Part shown: piece after piece, positions 36,028 to 45,300 of the stretch
How positions within the stretch are numbered: the first letter of the stretch is position 1
Layout of the letters: each line of letters opens with the position of its first letter
Assembly: GCA_964469075.1 (NCBI GenBank)
Contig: CAYXXQ010000001.1
Coordinates: 1-47,960 of the forward strand
Length of the DNA stretch: 47,960 bases
Source: an uncultured Rhodobacter sp.
Lineage (GTDB): Bacteria; Pseudomonadota; Alphaproteobacteria; Rhodobacterales; Rhodobacteraceae
Direction of reading: 5' to 3'
Translations under genes and position numbers: made by a program
Notes under the pieces: generated by a model
Databases searched by the model: none
Told to the model about the DNA's origin: nothing
The model's input: the letters and a program-made list of their open reading frames with translations, nothing else

Positions 36028-36063
36028 GCCCTAGCCCCTTTCAAATGCTGGTACTGAGAAACC

Positions 36064-36092
36064 GGAAGGGGGCTTTAAGCCCCCCCCCTCCG
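36064..36092 (-). terminator. hairpin downstream of the major capsid gene
   Basis: A GGGGGC/GCCCCC stem with a 5-nt loop (36068-36084) is embedded in G/C runs. On the minus strand it is followed by TTCCGGTTTC, which is only a weak U-tract. Confidence 0.35.
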
Positions 36093-36111
36093 ATTCTGAG
36101 ATTCCGCGCGA

Positions 36112-37206
36112 TCAATACGGAACGATGTCGAACACCCAGTCCGCTCTGGTTTCGAACGGGAATTCCCGCGATTCCAGGTATTGGACGAAGGAGACCGGAT
36201 CGTCTTTCGGTTTGGCCCACGACAGCTTGCGCGTCCGTACCAGCTGGATACCCTTCGTGGTAGCCTTCGGGATCGGGGCGTACATGATGATGCGGGAACG
36301 AGTGCTGGGATTGAAGCACCGGATGGTGTCATTGGGAACGAACGGGGTGGTGCCATCGTCCAGGTCCACGCCGTTGTAGCACCAGACTTCAACACCCCCA
36401 AGGCGGCCGAGGTACACAGAATCAAAGTCCTCGTCCATACCTTTGAAGATATGATTTACGATGGTCGTGTTGGTGCCGTAGGTGTTCTTGAGGTTGTCCT
36501 CGTCCCACTTGAGCTGTCCTGCCTCAACGGAAGCAAGCAACTTGTTCGCCATGTTGTCGTTGCAGATACCGAGCCGCAAAGACGTCTGGGCCGTGCTGGC
36601 CAGAAGCTTCAATGCGACCATATCTTTGCGAGGTGTGCAGGCGTCATCGTTCCATTTTGTTCCGGGCGTGGATGTGTTACCGACCGGGCGTTCCAGGTCG
36701 ATAGCGAAGTTCGTACCGTCGGTATCGGAGTACGACACGGCGCCTGCGAGAAGCTTTGCCGCGAACCACTCCTGGCGTCTCCACCAGGCGTCGAGCATGT
36801 TCTGTGCGTCAGCAGAGATCGTCTCGGCTACCACCTTCATGAAGTAAGACGCCTCGCCGGGCCGGATCAGACCTCCACCGGAAATCATACCGGGAAGACG
36901 CTTGTACAGGTCTTCGTTGTACGAAATCGGCATCTTCATGCGGATATTCGGCAGCGTGCCATTCTTGACATCCCCGGTACCGCGCGTCAACATCTTGGCC
37001 TCGCCGTCCGTACGGGTCAGAGGTGCAATGTTGGCGACACCGTTCTTAATGTCAATCTGGTACTGGCCGGTCTCCACATACCGAACCGGGGCGTTCCGAT
37101 ACAGGATGTTGTACAGAAACGTGGACGGTTTCTGTAGTTTGTTGATGATAGCGGTAAGGACAACCGCCGATTGATCAGTGACCGCTGATACTGGGACTGC
37201 TGGCAT
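36112..37206 (-). CDS. major capsid protein, lambda gpE-like family (364 aa)
   Basis: Several segments align colinearly by eye with lambda gpE as remembered: PSTFLYNILYRNAPVRYVETGQYQID..., GGVEVWCYNG (compare GDVAIVVYSG) and FVPNDTIRCFN (compare FLPDNTMVLGN). The gene order (protease/scaffold, D-like, E-like) agrees. Confidence 0.7.
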   Translation of the reverse strand: MPAVPVSAVTDQSAVVLTAIINKLQKPSTFLYNILYRNAPVRYVETGQYQIDIKNGVANIAPLTRTDGEAKMLTRGTGDVKNGTLPNIRMKMPISYNEDLYKRLPGMISGGGLIRPGEASYFMKVVAETISADAQNMLDAWWRRQEWFAAKLLAGAVSYSDTDGTNFAIDLERPVGNTSTPGTKWNDDACTPRKDMVALKLLASTAQTSLRLGICNDNMANKLLASVEAGQLKWDEDNLKNTYGTNTTIVNHIFKGMDEDFDSVYLGRLGGVEVWCYNGVDLDDGTTPFVPNDTIRCFNPSTRSRIIMYAPIPKATTKGIQLVRTRKLSWAKPKDDPVSFVQYLESREFPFETRADWVFDIVPY

Positions 37207-37271
37207 GATATACTCTCCCTGTTGGTTGCCTTATGTGGCGATTGTTGCCTTACTCGGCTTGTTGAAAACCC

Positions 37272-38006
37272 TTACCGGATACCAGCCAACGACTCGATCC
37301 GGATGCCAAGGCCTCGGAACGTCTTCTTGGCGATGTACTGGAAATCGCTGTCATCTGCCGATTCGACTGTGATGTCATCAATGTGAACTTTACCGGCCCA
37401 CATGACCACACCAACTGTCTCACCATCCGCGTACGTTTGAATCGAAGTCGGTGCGACGAACGCCTTCGGGATGTCGGTACCATTGGCTTCGACACCGGCA
37501 ACGGTGTTGGTTATGGCAGCCCCGGTACCGCCAACCAGACTGCCAAAATCGGCCGTCATGGTGATGGCTCGACCCCGGAAATTACCGGTCGTCGCAAACG
37601 TGAAGATGAATCCACCGAGATCGATATCGACGCCGCCTGCAGCAGCTTCCGTTACCACGATGTCTCCAGAGCGCACGTTGGAAAGGGCATCGACAGCTGC
37701 CTGCACGGTAGCCAGAGATGCACTGCTCGCGATCGTGCCAGACGTTTCGCCGTCAATTGTGACCGTGAAGGTACCGCTTGTGTAGTCGGTGGTGACCGCG
37801 ATGGTGTAGACGTCCTGGGTCGGCTTTGCCCACTTAGCCCAGTAGCCGGTGTTTTCGTTGTACGCCACGGGCGTAAGCAGAGCCAGCAGGGGCGCTGCCG
37901 CATCCGTACCGAATGTTACGTTCTTGACTTCAGTGCACTCAAACCGCTTCTGCGTAGAGAACTGGTCTGTGTTTGAGGTCAGAGCTGGTTGTGCTTTCAG
38001 AGTCAT
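37272..38006 (-). CDS. head decoration protein, gpD-like with an internal insertion (244 aa)
   Basis: The C-terminus VGVVMWAGKVHIDDITV...KKTFRGLGIRIE parallels the gpD C-terminus (FYKSGTFRYEDVLWP...KKRTAFAGTAISI). The gene lies directly before the capsid gene. It is about twice the length of gpD. Confidence 0.5.
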   Translation of the reverse strand: MTLKAQPALTSNTDQFSTQKRFECTEVKNVTFGTDAAAPLLALLTPVAYNENTGYWAKWAKPTQDVYTIAVTTDYTSGTFTVTIDGETSGTIASSASLATVQAAVDALSNVRSGDIVVTEAAAGGVDIDLGGFIFTFATTGNFRGRAITMTADFGSLVGGTGAAITNTVAGVEANGTDIPKAFVAPTSIQTYADGETVGVVMWAGKVHIDDITVESADDSDFQYIAKKTFRGLGIRIESLAGIR

Positions 38007-38071
38007 GTTCCATATCTCCTTCTCTTGTGGATGGTATTAACCGAGCCGACTACCCACGGCTGATGACTAAC

Positions 38072-39118
38072 TTACTTGCCGTTGAGTGCCACGTCCGCTG
38101 CGTCTTCGAAGGACTTCATCAGCTTTTCCCCGGTCGTGAGTGCCGCGAGATCAGCGTCAACATTCTTCTGGATGCTGCCGGGAGTGACGTCCGTGTCATC
38201 CTTGGAGACTTCGGCTTCCAGGGCCTTGAGGTGCTTCTCCAGGGCTTCAGGGTCGTTCGGATCCAGACCCTCGATAGCCTTCTTGAGCTTCAACTGCTTG
38301 ATATGCTCCTTGACGGCTTTCGGGTCGGTCAGATCGACTTCGCCCTTGGACGCCTCAGCTTCCTTTTTGAGTCTCTCAACCTTCTCTTCGTCGGTTTCGG
38401 CATCGGGCTTCATGGCCTTGGCCACAGCCGTCGCAGTCGAAGTTGCGACGAGTTCTGCGAAATCCTTCTTTTCCTGGTCAGTCATCGAGTCTTCTCCTTC
38501 TGTATGTCCGTGCTTTACGAAATGTTCCTTCATCGATTTCAGAAGCCGCTCCCACAACGCCTCCCCATCCGATTCCGACTTGGCAACCTCTTCTGTGGTC
38601 CCATATCCAAACATGCTGACACCTTGCCAGCCCTTTTCCTTGTACAGCTCCCTGAGATCCTTGTCCTCCAGCTTGATCGACAGCGCCCACCCACCCTCGG
38701 GGTCAACAGAAGTCCCGTCAGTCAGCTTAACATCCTCGAAACGGGTATCGCCCTTTTGGACGATAAACGACTGGGCCACGAAAGCCTTATCTTTCGAGAT
38801 AGGCATGTTGTTGTGGCGGATATCCAGGTTCAGGCCGTTTTTCGCAAACGAGCTGCAAGCTTCCTTGATCACGCCAGCCCCAGCGGAATCTCCGTCACTG
38901 TCGGGGAGTTCAGGGACGTACACTAATGCTAGGATTTCCCCGGTGGTGTCAAATTCAGGTGTCGCTTTGGCCACGGTACCTATAGTGATCATCGGCCGGT
39001 CGGACTCAGACGTAGCCGCCTTCATTACCACAGGCAGTCCGTTTTTGCCTTTAGGGCACAACGACACGAAAGCTATGTCCAGTTTCGTGTACCTGCGTTT
39101 TCTCTTTGAATTCGGCAT
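38072..39118 (-). CDS. XkdF-like prohead protease fused to a scaffold-like coiled-coil C-terminal half (348 aa from ATG 39118; tracked ORF starts at 39166)
   Basis: YVPELPDSDGDSAGAGVIKEACSSFAKNGLNLDIRHNN...FVAQSFIV resembles the XkdF/S78_2 pattern from memory. The C-terminal half is charged and helical. GGAG lies 6 nt before ATG 39118. Confidence 0.5.
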   Translation of the reverse strand: MPNSKRKRRYTKLDIAFVSLCPKGKNGLPVVMKAATSESDRPMITIGTVAKATPEFDTTGEILALVYVPELPDSDGDSAGAGVIKEACSSFAKNGLNLDIRHNNMPISKDKAFVAQSFIVQKGDTRFEDVKLTDGTSVDPEGGWALSIKLEDKDLRELYKEKGWQGVSMFGYGTTEEVAKSESDGEALWERLLKSMKEHFVKHGHTEGEDSMTDQEKKDFAELVATSTATAVAKAMKPDAETDEEKVERLKKEAEASKGEVDLTDPKAVKEHIKQLKLKKAIEGLDPNDPEALEKHLKALEAEVSKDDTDVTPGSIQKNVDADLAALTTGEKLMKSFEDAADVALNGK

Positions 39119-39193
39119 GCTTGCTCCCTGAAATTGCGTCTTATCTATTATCGCAATATATTGCACCCATACTTTACGTCAACTCAATCTAAT
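39119..39193. promoter_or_regulatory. AT-rich divergent intergenic region with the 12-bp perfect palindrome GCAATATATTGC
   Basis: The palindrome is at 39153-39164. A flanking inverted repeat pairs ATTGCG (39133-39138) with CGCAAT (39152-39157). The region separates the divergent protease/scaffold (-) and portal (+) genes. Confidence 0.5.
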
Positions 39194-40588
39194 ATGGGGA
39201 CAGCTAAAATGCCAGCAGAAACCTTGAATTGTACGTCTATCGACACACGTATCGAACTTTTTGGGTCAGAAGGTAGGATCCAAAAAGAATTGCTCACGGA
39301 CGCATCTGGATCCCTCCAGCCTGGGGAATCGTATGGCAGCAGCCTCACAGCTGAAGGTGTCATGGTTCACACCTTCAACAAACCCGGTGCCCGTGCCTGG
39401 CTCAAAAAGAATGCTACACACGGAGCGTGCATCAGATCAAAAGTTGCTTGCTCGGTAGGTCTCGGTATGATAAGTGATCAAGAGAAGGAAGCGGCAGGCG
39501 CTGAGGCCGGCCAAGCTGGCATCGACCCAAAAGACATCATCCAGTTTATAATGGATCCGGATATCCACAGATCTGAAGCAGAAAAACAGCTCGATGCCCT
39601 TTGCCTCATCGACTTTCAAGATCTACTCTCACGGGGTGGGTCCGATTTCTTCGAATTGGGGGACATGGCCATAGAAGTGCGTCGAGATTCAAATGATCCG
39701 ATCAACGGAGAGGTCAAGGCCCTGTATTACCTGCCGACTGATGAACTATATGCGTTCAGTGAAGGCAATGGCAAAGATTTCTATTTTAATATCGGGTACG
39801 GATCTGATATCGATACTGCTTTCTGCCGCTTCGGGGACAAAGCCAGATTCCTGGCAACAGAGGCTGCCAACAATCTACAACCTGAAAACGTGTCTGAAGT
39901 CATCTATATCCCAGATCCTCTCGGGGGGCATCCTCTCTATGGGGAGCCCGGCTGGCTATCTTCAGCCCCTGCCATGGAAACAGCCAATGCTGCCTGGGAA
40001 GAAAAACTCTCTGACTACGTCAATCGGTGTATTGTGGACTTCCTACTGTTCATTCACGGTCCTGGAACGCCCATCGGTAAAACAGACTGGAACAAAATCA
40101 GAACCGCGATTTCCCAGACATCCGAGACCGGCAAGAAGCACCAATCCGTGGCCCACGCTTTCTCAAGCACTGCCGACACAAAAATCTTCTTCCAACAGAT
40201 CACCAAAGACAGCAAGACCGATGAGGCGTTCCAGAAGAACTACGAAGTAACCAAGATGGACATCGTTACCAGTCACCAGGTTCCCCCACTGCTCGCCGGC
40301 ATTCAGATTCCGGGCAAGCTCGGAGCGAATAACGAATTCGTCAACGCCTTAATGTCTTTCCAAGCCCTGGTCATCGGGAGATCTCAGCGAACCATCTCCC
40401 GGGCACTGTCTCGTACCCTCGGAGATACGAAAAAGTCAGGCCTCGGTATCGACCCAGATTCATTCAATTTCCGCAAAGTCACTGACTACATCGACATCAA
40501 GACTGCAGACACTGTTGGGCGCATGCGTGAAAGTGCCCCAGAAGCCGCAGCAAACGGTCGAGACCTCTCAGATGGTGTGAAGGAGTGA
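39194..40588 (+). CDS. portal protein, PBSX/Phage_portal family type (464 aa from ATG 39194; tracked TTG start at 39134)
   Basis: GDMAIEVRRDSNDPINGEVKALYYLP, GEPGWLSSAPAMETANAAWEEKLSDYVNRCIVDFLLFIHG and IVTSHQVPPLLAGIQIPGKLG follow the conserved portal blocks as I remember them. Confidence 0.8.
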   Translation: MGTAKMPAETLNCTSIDTRIELFGSEGRIQKELLTDASGSLQPGESYGSSLTAEGVMVHTFNKPGARAWLKKNATHGACIRSKVACSVGLGMISDQEKEAAGAEAGQAGIDPKDIIQFIMDPDIHRSEAEKQLDALCLIDFQDLLSRGGSDFFELGDMAIEVRRDSNDPINGEVKALYYLPTDELYAFSEGNGKDFYFNIGYGSDIDTAFCRFGDKARFLATEAANNLQPENVSEVIYIPDPLGGHPLYGEPGWLSSAPAMETANAAWEEKLSDYVNRCIVDFLLFIHGPGTPIGKTDWNKIRTAISQTSETGKKHQSVAHAFSSTADTKIFFQQITKDSKTDEAFQKNYEVTKMDIVTSHQVPPLLAGIQIPGKLGANNEFVNALMSFQALVIGRSQRTISRALSRTLGDTKKSGLGIDPDSFNFRKVTDYIDIKTADTVGRMRESAPEAAANGRDLSDGVKE

Positions 40589-40592
40589 CCCG

Positions 40593-41150
40593 ATGGCTAC
40601 CGGCTCGGCAGGGCAGATTACAGTCCCGGATTACTTCATCCAGTTCCTCGACCCAACCATCAAGGATCTGAGGGATCTGCTACACAGACAATCTATGTCC
40701 TCGATACCTTCTACAGCACTAAAGGGCGGCTTGGAAATCGCACAAGATGGCAGAACCAGCCTAAAGGCACAGGTACCCCACTTCTGGGCTGTCATCCTGC
40801 ACGACGGTCGGGAAGCGGTAAAGAGAAAAGAAGGCGGCCCCATGCTGGCGTACTATCGTGACGTCGCAAACGATCCACGTATCGCCAATGGGTACCCAGA
40901 GCGGTTGTCTGAGGTACAAAAGCTGTCCCTGACCTCAGTGCAATTCAGTGAAGCGGTAAAGTCCGGCGAGTTGATTCTACGGGAATCAGTAGGCCCGACT
41001 GTAGGAAAGAAGTTCTTTGACAACGACGTTGGCTTTGCAGGATTCAAGCAGAAGGTAGCGGATACGGTCTTGGCTCGGTTCCAGAAATTCTCAAGAGCTT
41101 ACGCCAAAGGTGTGTCCTTCGAGATGCGTACCAGGGTCACCTTCAAGTAG
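40593..41150 (+). CDS. virion-associated hypothetical protein (185 aa), possibly HK97 gp10-like
   Basis: The gene follows the portal by 4 nt on the same strand. The resemblance of AQVPHFWAVILHDGREAV to gp10-type neck proteins is weak. Confidence 0.4.
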   Translation: MATGSAGQITVPDYFIQFLDPTIKDLRDLLHRQSMSSIPSTALKGGLEIAQDGRTSLKAQVPHFWAVILHDGREAVKRKEGGPMLAYYRDVANDPRIANGYPERLSEVQKLSLTSVQFSEAVKSGELILRESVGPTVGKKFFDNDVGFAGFKQKVADTVLARFQKFSRAYAKGVSFEMRTRVTFK

Positions 41151-41212
41151 CTGCTAACCCAAGACCCTTGAACCTCCGGTGCTCTGCTATGAGTCGGGCG
41201 AGTTCTTTGGGG

Positions 41213-41650
41213 TCAGGCGCTGGCATCTTGTGTCCCTCGTCGTGATCGGTTCCACGGCGCCCAGCCTCCGGCGCGTACTGCTCTGTGCATAGCCCATGCA
41301 CGGCGCTTCCCGACGCCGCGTGCGAGCATTAGACGGTAGAATAGCTCGTCGATCTCTTTCCGTGTCATCTCGCATGATTCCAAGATACCATCTACAGGTC
41401 CAGACAGCAACTTGCCGCTGTATCCCGCATCGTGGATGATGGCGGCTCTGAGATAGCGCCCAGTCCAGGGAGAGCCCACGATGCGCCATGCAAATCGCGG
41501 TATGCTCGCTCCGTCGGTCAGCATCCCAGCCGGAGCGCGGTACAGAACTCCGTCCTCGATGGCGTCGAAGGGCTTCGTCAGCATGAACCAGCCCGGCATG
41601 CTCAGATCTTCGAGGTCAGAGAGCTGGACGCAATGCGGGAACGTAATCAT
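41213..41650 (-). CDS. DUF1353-like protein (145 aa)
   Basis: YRAPAGMLTDGASIPRFAWRIVGSPWTGRYLRAAIIHDAGY matches the DUF1353 core (TDGaSiP...HD..Y) from memory. Its start overlaps the upstream stop. Confidence 0.6.
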   Translation of the reverse strand: MITFPHCVQLSDLEDLSMPGWFMLTKPFDAIEDGVLYRAPAGMLTDGASIPRFAWRIVGSPWTGRYLRAAIIHDAGYSGKLLSGPVDGILESCEMTRKEIDELFYRLMLARGVGKRRAWAMHRAVRAGGWAPWNRSRRGTQDASA

Positions 41651-42042
41651 GGGCTCCCTCGCTGGTCCGCGTCCACGTCGCCGTTCTGGCTTGCTGCCGC
41701 TCTCGCGTTCGCCGTGGTGTCCGGCGAGATGATACCACCGAAATCGACAGGCTTCGCGGCGACCTGCGCGCCGATGACGATGATCGTTGGCGCCGAGCCC
41801 TCGGAAAGCGACTCAGCCGGTAGAGTGATTACGGGGTCATGAATGTGCTGGACGTTGCTGACGCATCCAGAGCATATGAACACGCACGCCATCACGAGTA
41901 CCAATGCTACAATGTCGTTGTCTTTCATCTTGCTCGTACCCCCGGTTTTTCGTGTCGTGGCGCAACCGCCGCGTCCCCTATTGCTACGGTTACCACGTCC
42001 TGATCCGTCCCGTTTCGGGGTGCCTTTTGCCGTTGTTTTCAT
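41647..42042 (-). CDS. membrane-anchored or lipoprotein-like small protein (131 aa)
   Basis: An Arg/Gly-rich N-terminus is followed by IVALVLVMACVFICSGC, a hydrophobic helix ending in a lipobox-like SGC. ATGA-coupled to the upstream gene. An alternative start, MKDNDIV, would give about 93 aa. Confidence 0.5.
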   Translation of the reverse strand: MKTTAKGTPKRDGSGRGNRSNRGRGGCATTRKTGGTSKMKDNDIVALVLVMACVFICSGCVSNVQHIHDPVITLPAESLSEGSAPTIIVIGAQVAAKPVDFGGIISPDTTANARAAASQNGDVDADQRGSP

Positions 42043-42386
42043 TCTGCGTTCTCCAAAGTTGCCCCGGTGAGTTCCTGCATCTGGATTGCACGGCCCAAGA
42101 GGTCGTCGGCAGCATCATCAAACCACTTCTTGCCCGATACGCCAGCTACCCGCATCTGCTGGTGCGCAACGGCGACTTTGCCTGCCAGCATCGCTTCCTT
42201 GCTCAAGTACGCAGCGAGATGGATGTCGGCGGAGTCGTTGGCAATGGACACGGTGAACTCCTCAAGAGCCCAATACGTGGCTGCGATGCCTGAACTCATT
42301 ACCTTGTCCAGCTTCACCCTCTTCGGTTTTGCCATGACTGCGATTGACAGGCCCAGGATCAGTGCGATTGCGATAGTGTTTCTCAT
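42039..42386 (-). CDS. signal-peptide or N-terminally anchored envelope protein (115 aa)
   Basis: The N-terminus is MRNTIAIALILGLSIAVMAKPK. AAGGAG SD lies before the ATG. The remainder is predicted helical. Confidence 0.5.
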   Translation of the reverse strand: MRNTIAIALILGLSIAVMAKPKRVKLDKVMSSGIAATYWALEEFTVSIANDSADIHLAAYLSKEAMLAGKVAVAHQQMRVAGVSGKKWFDDAADDLLGRAIQMQELTGATLENAE

Positions 42387-42398
42387 TCTTCGGTCTCC

Positions 42399-45300
42399 TT
42401 ACTCGATGACTTCAACCAGGGTTGCGTAAATCACGATCTCTGTACCGTTATCTGCGTCGGGGGTAAACTGCATTCTCAAGTAGTCAGTAGTGCTGTCCAC
42501 TGCGTCAATAGCAAAGACCCACGTCGCATCATCTTCATCAATAGTAGTGATGGTCGCTGCCGACTTCATGGCAGTGGTCCCCGCATCGTTCTGGATCGTG
42601 CAGGAAAACTCCCATGAATTGGACTCGTTTGCCGTAGGGTCTCGGGCAACCGCCAGTCCCTTGACGACGACTGTGGACGACGACGTGATAACCGCGTACT
42701 GCGACCCTACGCCTCGCAGAAAGATCTCAGTTGCCCCACTGGCCGCAGTCACGTTCCCGTACCACGATACCTCAGACTTACGAAACGTCATAGTCTTGGT
42801 CTGAGGGGTTCCGAGACTGGCTACGTCTCCATAGCGTGCGCCCTGTGAGTAGGGGCCTAGTGCCGTGCTGTATGGGTGTGTATTTGTGTCAGAACAGTCC
42901 CCTAGTGCCACTCCAACGGGGCAAGCGTCCGCATTGTCCCCAACCGCCACGCCGAAGTTAGACCCGTTCGCGCCGTTACCAACCCCCACGCCGAATACAG
43001 ACCCGTTTGCTGCGTACCCAACCGCCGCGCCATGGTTCCTAGCGTTAGCCGAACCACCAACCGCCGCGCCATGGTCGTTAGCGTTAGCCGCACCACCAAA
43101 CGCTGACCCAAAATTAGAAGCATTTGCCCCCTGCCCGATACTGGTGTTGATAAATTCCTGGTCGTAGGTGTCAGCCCCGGTTCTGGTATTTATGAATCCT
43201 GGGCCTACACAGCGCCACAGGCTGTCGGTGCTGTCATAAACAAAATGTGCTCCCCCTCCTACGTTTACCCGAGTAAAATACTCGGTAGCATCACCCGACA
43301 ACGAGACCTCAAGGTAAAAAGCGCCAGTTCTAGAACCAGAGTTCACAACCCAGAACTCGCTGTCTGCCGCTGGAGCAGCAGGAAGGTACACATCTCTGTT
43401 CTCGCCGTCGGGGTCAAGCAGTTGTGTCTGCGGGTCGCCGTCCGCTATTGTCTTTGCGTCTGCAAGTGTCTCGACGTTTACGGCGAAGGTAGTGCCGCCG
43501 CCTCCAGCCCCGAGCTGCACTTCAGCCGCCGTATCGTCTGCGAACCAGAGCGTATTCGGTGTCCCGGTCTTAACGTATATCTGCCCGTACCCGGCAACAG
43601 AGGTCGCCGCCGCCGCCTGCTCCAGCAGACGCATAGCCGCATCCGCGCTGAACACGGTATCCGAAAAGTAAGCCCTCCGTACCCCGTTGGTTGCAATGTC
43701 TACGTACCCATCTGCTGAGCTGTAGATGCCGTCGCCGTCGTCCCCGAAGTTGATCGTCGGGGTAACAGCGTCGTTGGTGAGAGGGAGGTACGCATGTCCT
43801 GTGAGGTCGATGTTGACCGCAGCCGTCAGACTGCCCGAACTAAGGGTTGCGGTACCGTCCGTGATCGACACCCCTGTAATACTGCCCGCCGCGTAGATGT
43901 TCTTCGGCCGATTCGCCCCCGAGGTGCCGATATCCGTTGTATTGTCCGTGCCGAACACTATGGCCTGGTCATGGATGTCGAGCACAACCGCCGTGCCGGT
44001 ACCCGAGCCGTCCTGGTCGACGCTGATACGCAAGTACGGATCTGCCCCATAAATCAGTTGCAGCACGCCGCTAACGGCGTTTCCTGCGTTATCTCCAGAC
44101 AGTGTGAGTGTGGGGGAATTGACCCCGGTGCCGCTCTGGTCTACGACCACCCCGCTGTCCACCACGTCCACCGTGCCTGTACCATTGGGCGTTAGATTGA
44201 TGCCGCCATTCGCAACGCCCACGGTGATATCAAAATCGATACCGGTCTGGCCGAGCGTGGTTTTGTTTGCTGTGCCTTCGTGAATCTGGATATCGGTGTC
44301 GCCCCCCGTGCCAGAGCCCACGATGATATCGGCGTCCTTCTCGTAGTTCATCCAAATGTTCTTGTCAGATGCGTTCCCCAACCAAAAGTTCGTCTCATCG
44401 TTCGAAAACGCAAAGTACGTGGGGTACGTCTTATCGATACCTATGTACGTGTTCTCAACATCGTCGAACTCGATGTACGCCGCATGCATGTCGGTCGTGA
44501 CGTAGAGGTCGCCGTTAAGCACCAAAGCATTGCGGGTAAATATCCCGGCCCCTGTCGAGCCCTGAGCGGCTATTAGATTGCTTGACCCGGTTACCGCAGT
44601 ATCCCCGGCTGCGATATCTCCGGCGTAGTTAGTAGTGAACCCTGTCAAAGAGGCATTTACTCCAAATATCTGAACCTCTGCCCCTCCAGCGGGCGAGTCC
44701 AAGTACAGCAGTGTTCCGGTTCCGTTACCAGCAGACGACACCTCAATATCCAGACTCCGTACACACGCTTTAGTGGGGAGTCCCAATACCCTAACGAAAT
44801 TCACGGCACCAACGTACGCTGCATCCAAAGCGTCGATTCTCTGTTCCCCACCCTCGATGCAGAATTCCCCCGTATAGGACGAATCGAAGTTGTACGTGTA
44901 CATGTTGTCATCGTAATCTTCGGTATCACAGTCTGAATGTACGTCCTGGAACGTACAATTCGAAGACCCAGTAACGGCTACTGGAATGTGGGTCACGACA
45001 CCTACCGAATCACCCCCACCATTGTATCTCAACTTACCTCCATAGAGGCTGAACACGCCACCGTCTATGTCGAGCAGCGTACCGCTGGCCCCGTTGTCGC
45101 TATTGACCCACGAAAACCAAACATTGTGGTGGATACAGAATCCTGTAGTCTGCTTAAATACTGTCCCACCATCGCCGGTGCTCTCTATCGAGATATTGGC
45201 GATATTCCCAGCCGTTGCGGCCGCCGGTGCGGTGACCGTGATTCCTGAACTTGACGTAATCGTAGTTGCGACATGATCCCCTGCCCCAATCAAGGATGTG

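Noticed and set aside
36181-37137. 318-aa + strand ORF antisense to the major capsid gene
   Set aside because: It lies entirely inside the well-supported gpE-like capsid gene on the other strand. Its composition is Arg/Gly/Val-rich, as is typical of antisense frames in GC-moderate DNA. It has no SD or start context.
37973-39131. Two long + strand ORFs (317 aa and 351 aa) antisense to the protease/scaffold gene
   Set aside because: Both are low-complexity mirror frames (Ser/Leu/Phe-rich) of the charged scaffold region. They overlap each other and a motif-supported minus-strand gene.
39119-39166. Upstream start (39166) for the protease/scaffold ORF, and the TTG start at 39134 for the portal
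   Set aside because: Both extensions run through the AT-rich palindromic spacer and would overlap each other on opposite strands. ATG 39118 has a GGAG SD, and ATG 39194 begins the recognisable portal sequence.
41187-41842. ORFs overlapping the DUF1353 gene in other frames and strands (41187-41489 -, 41432-41842 +, 41481-41732 +)
   Set aside because: They overlap the motif-supported DUF1353 and lipobox-protein genes, have Arg/Ser/Pro-biased composition, and lack start context.
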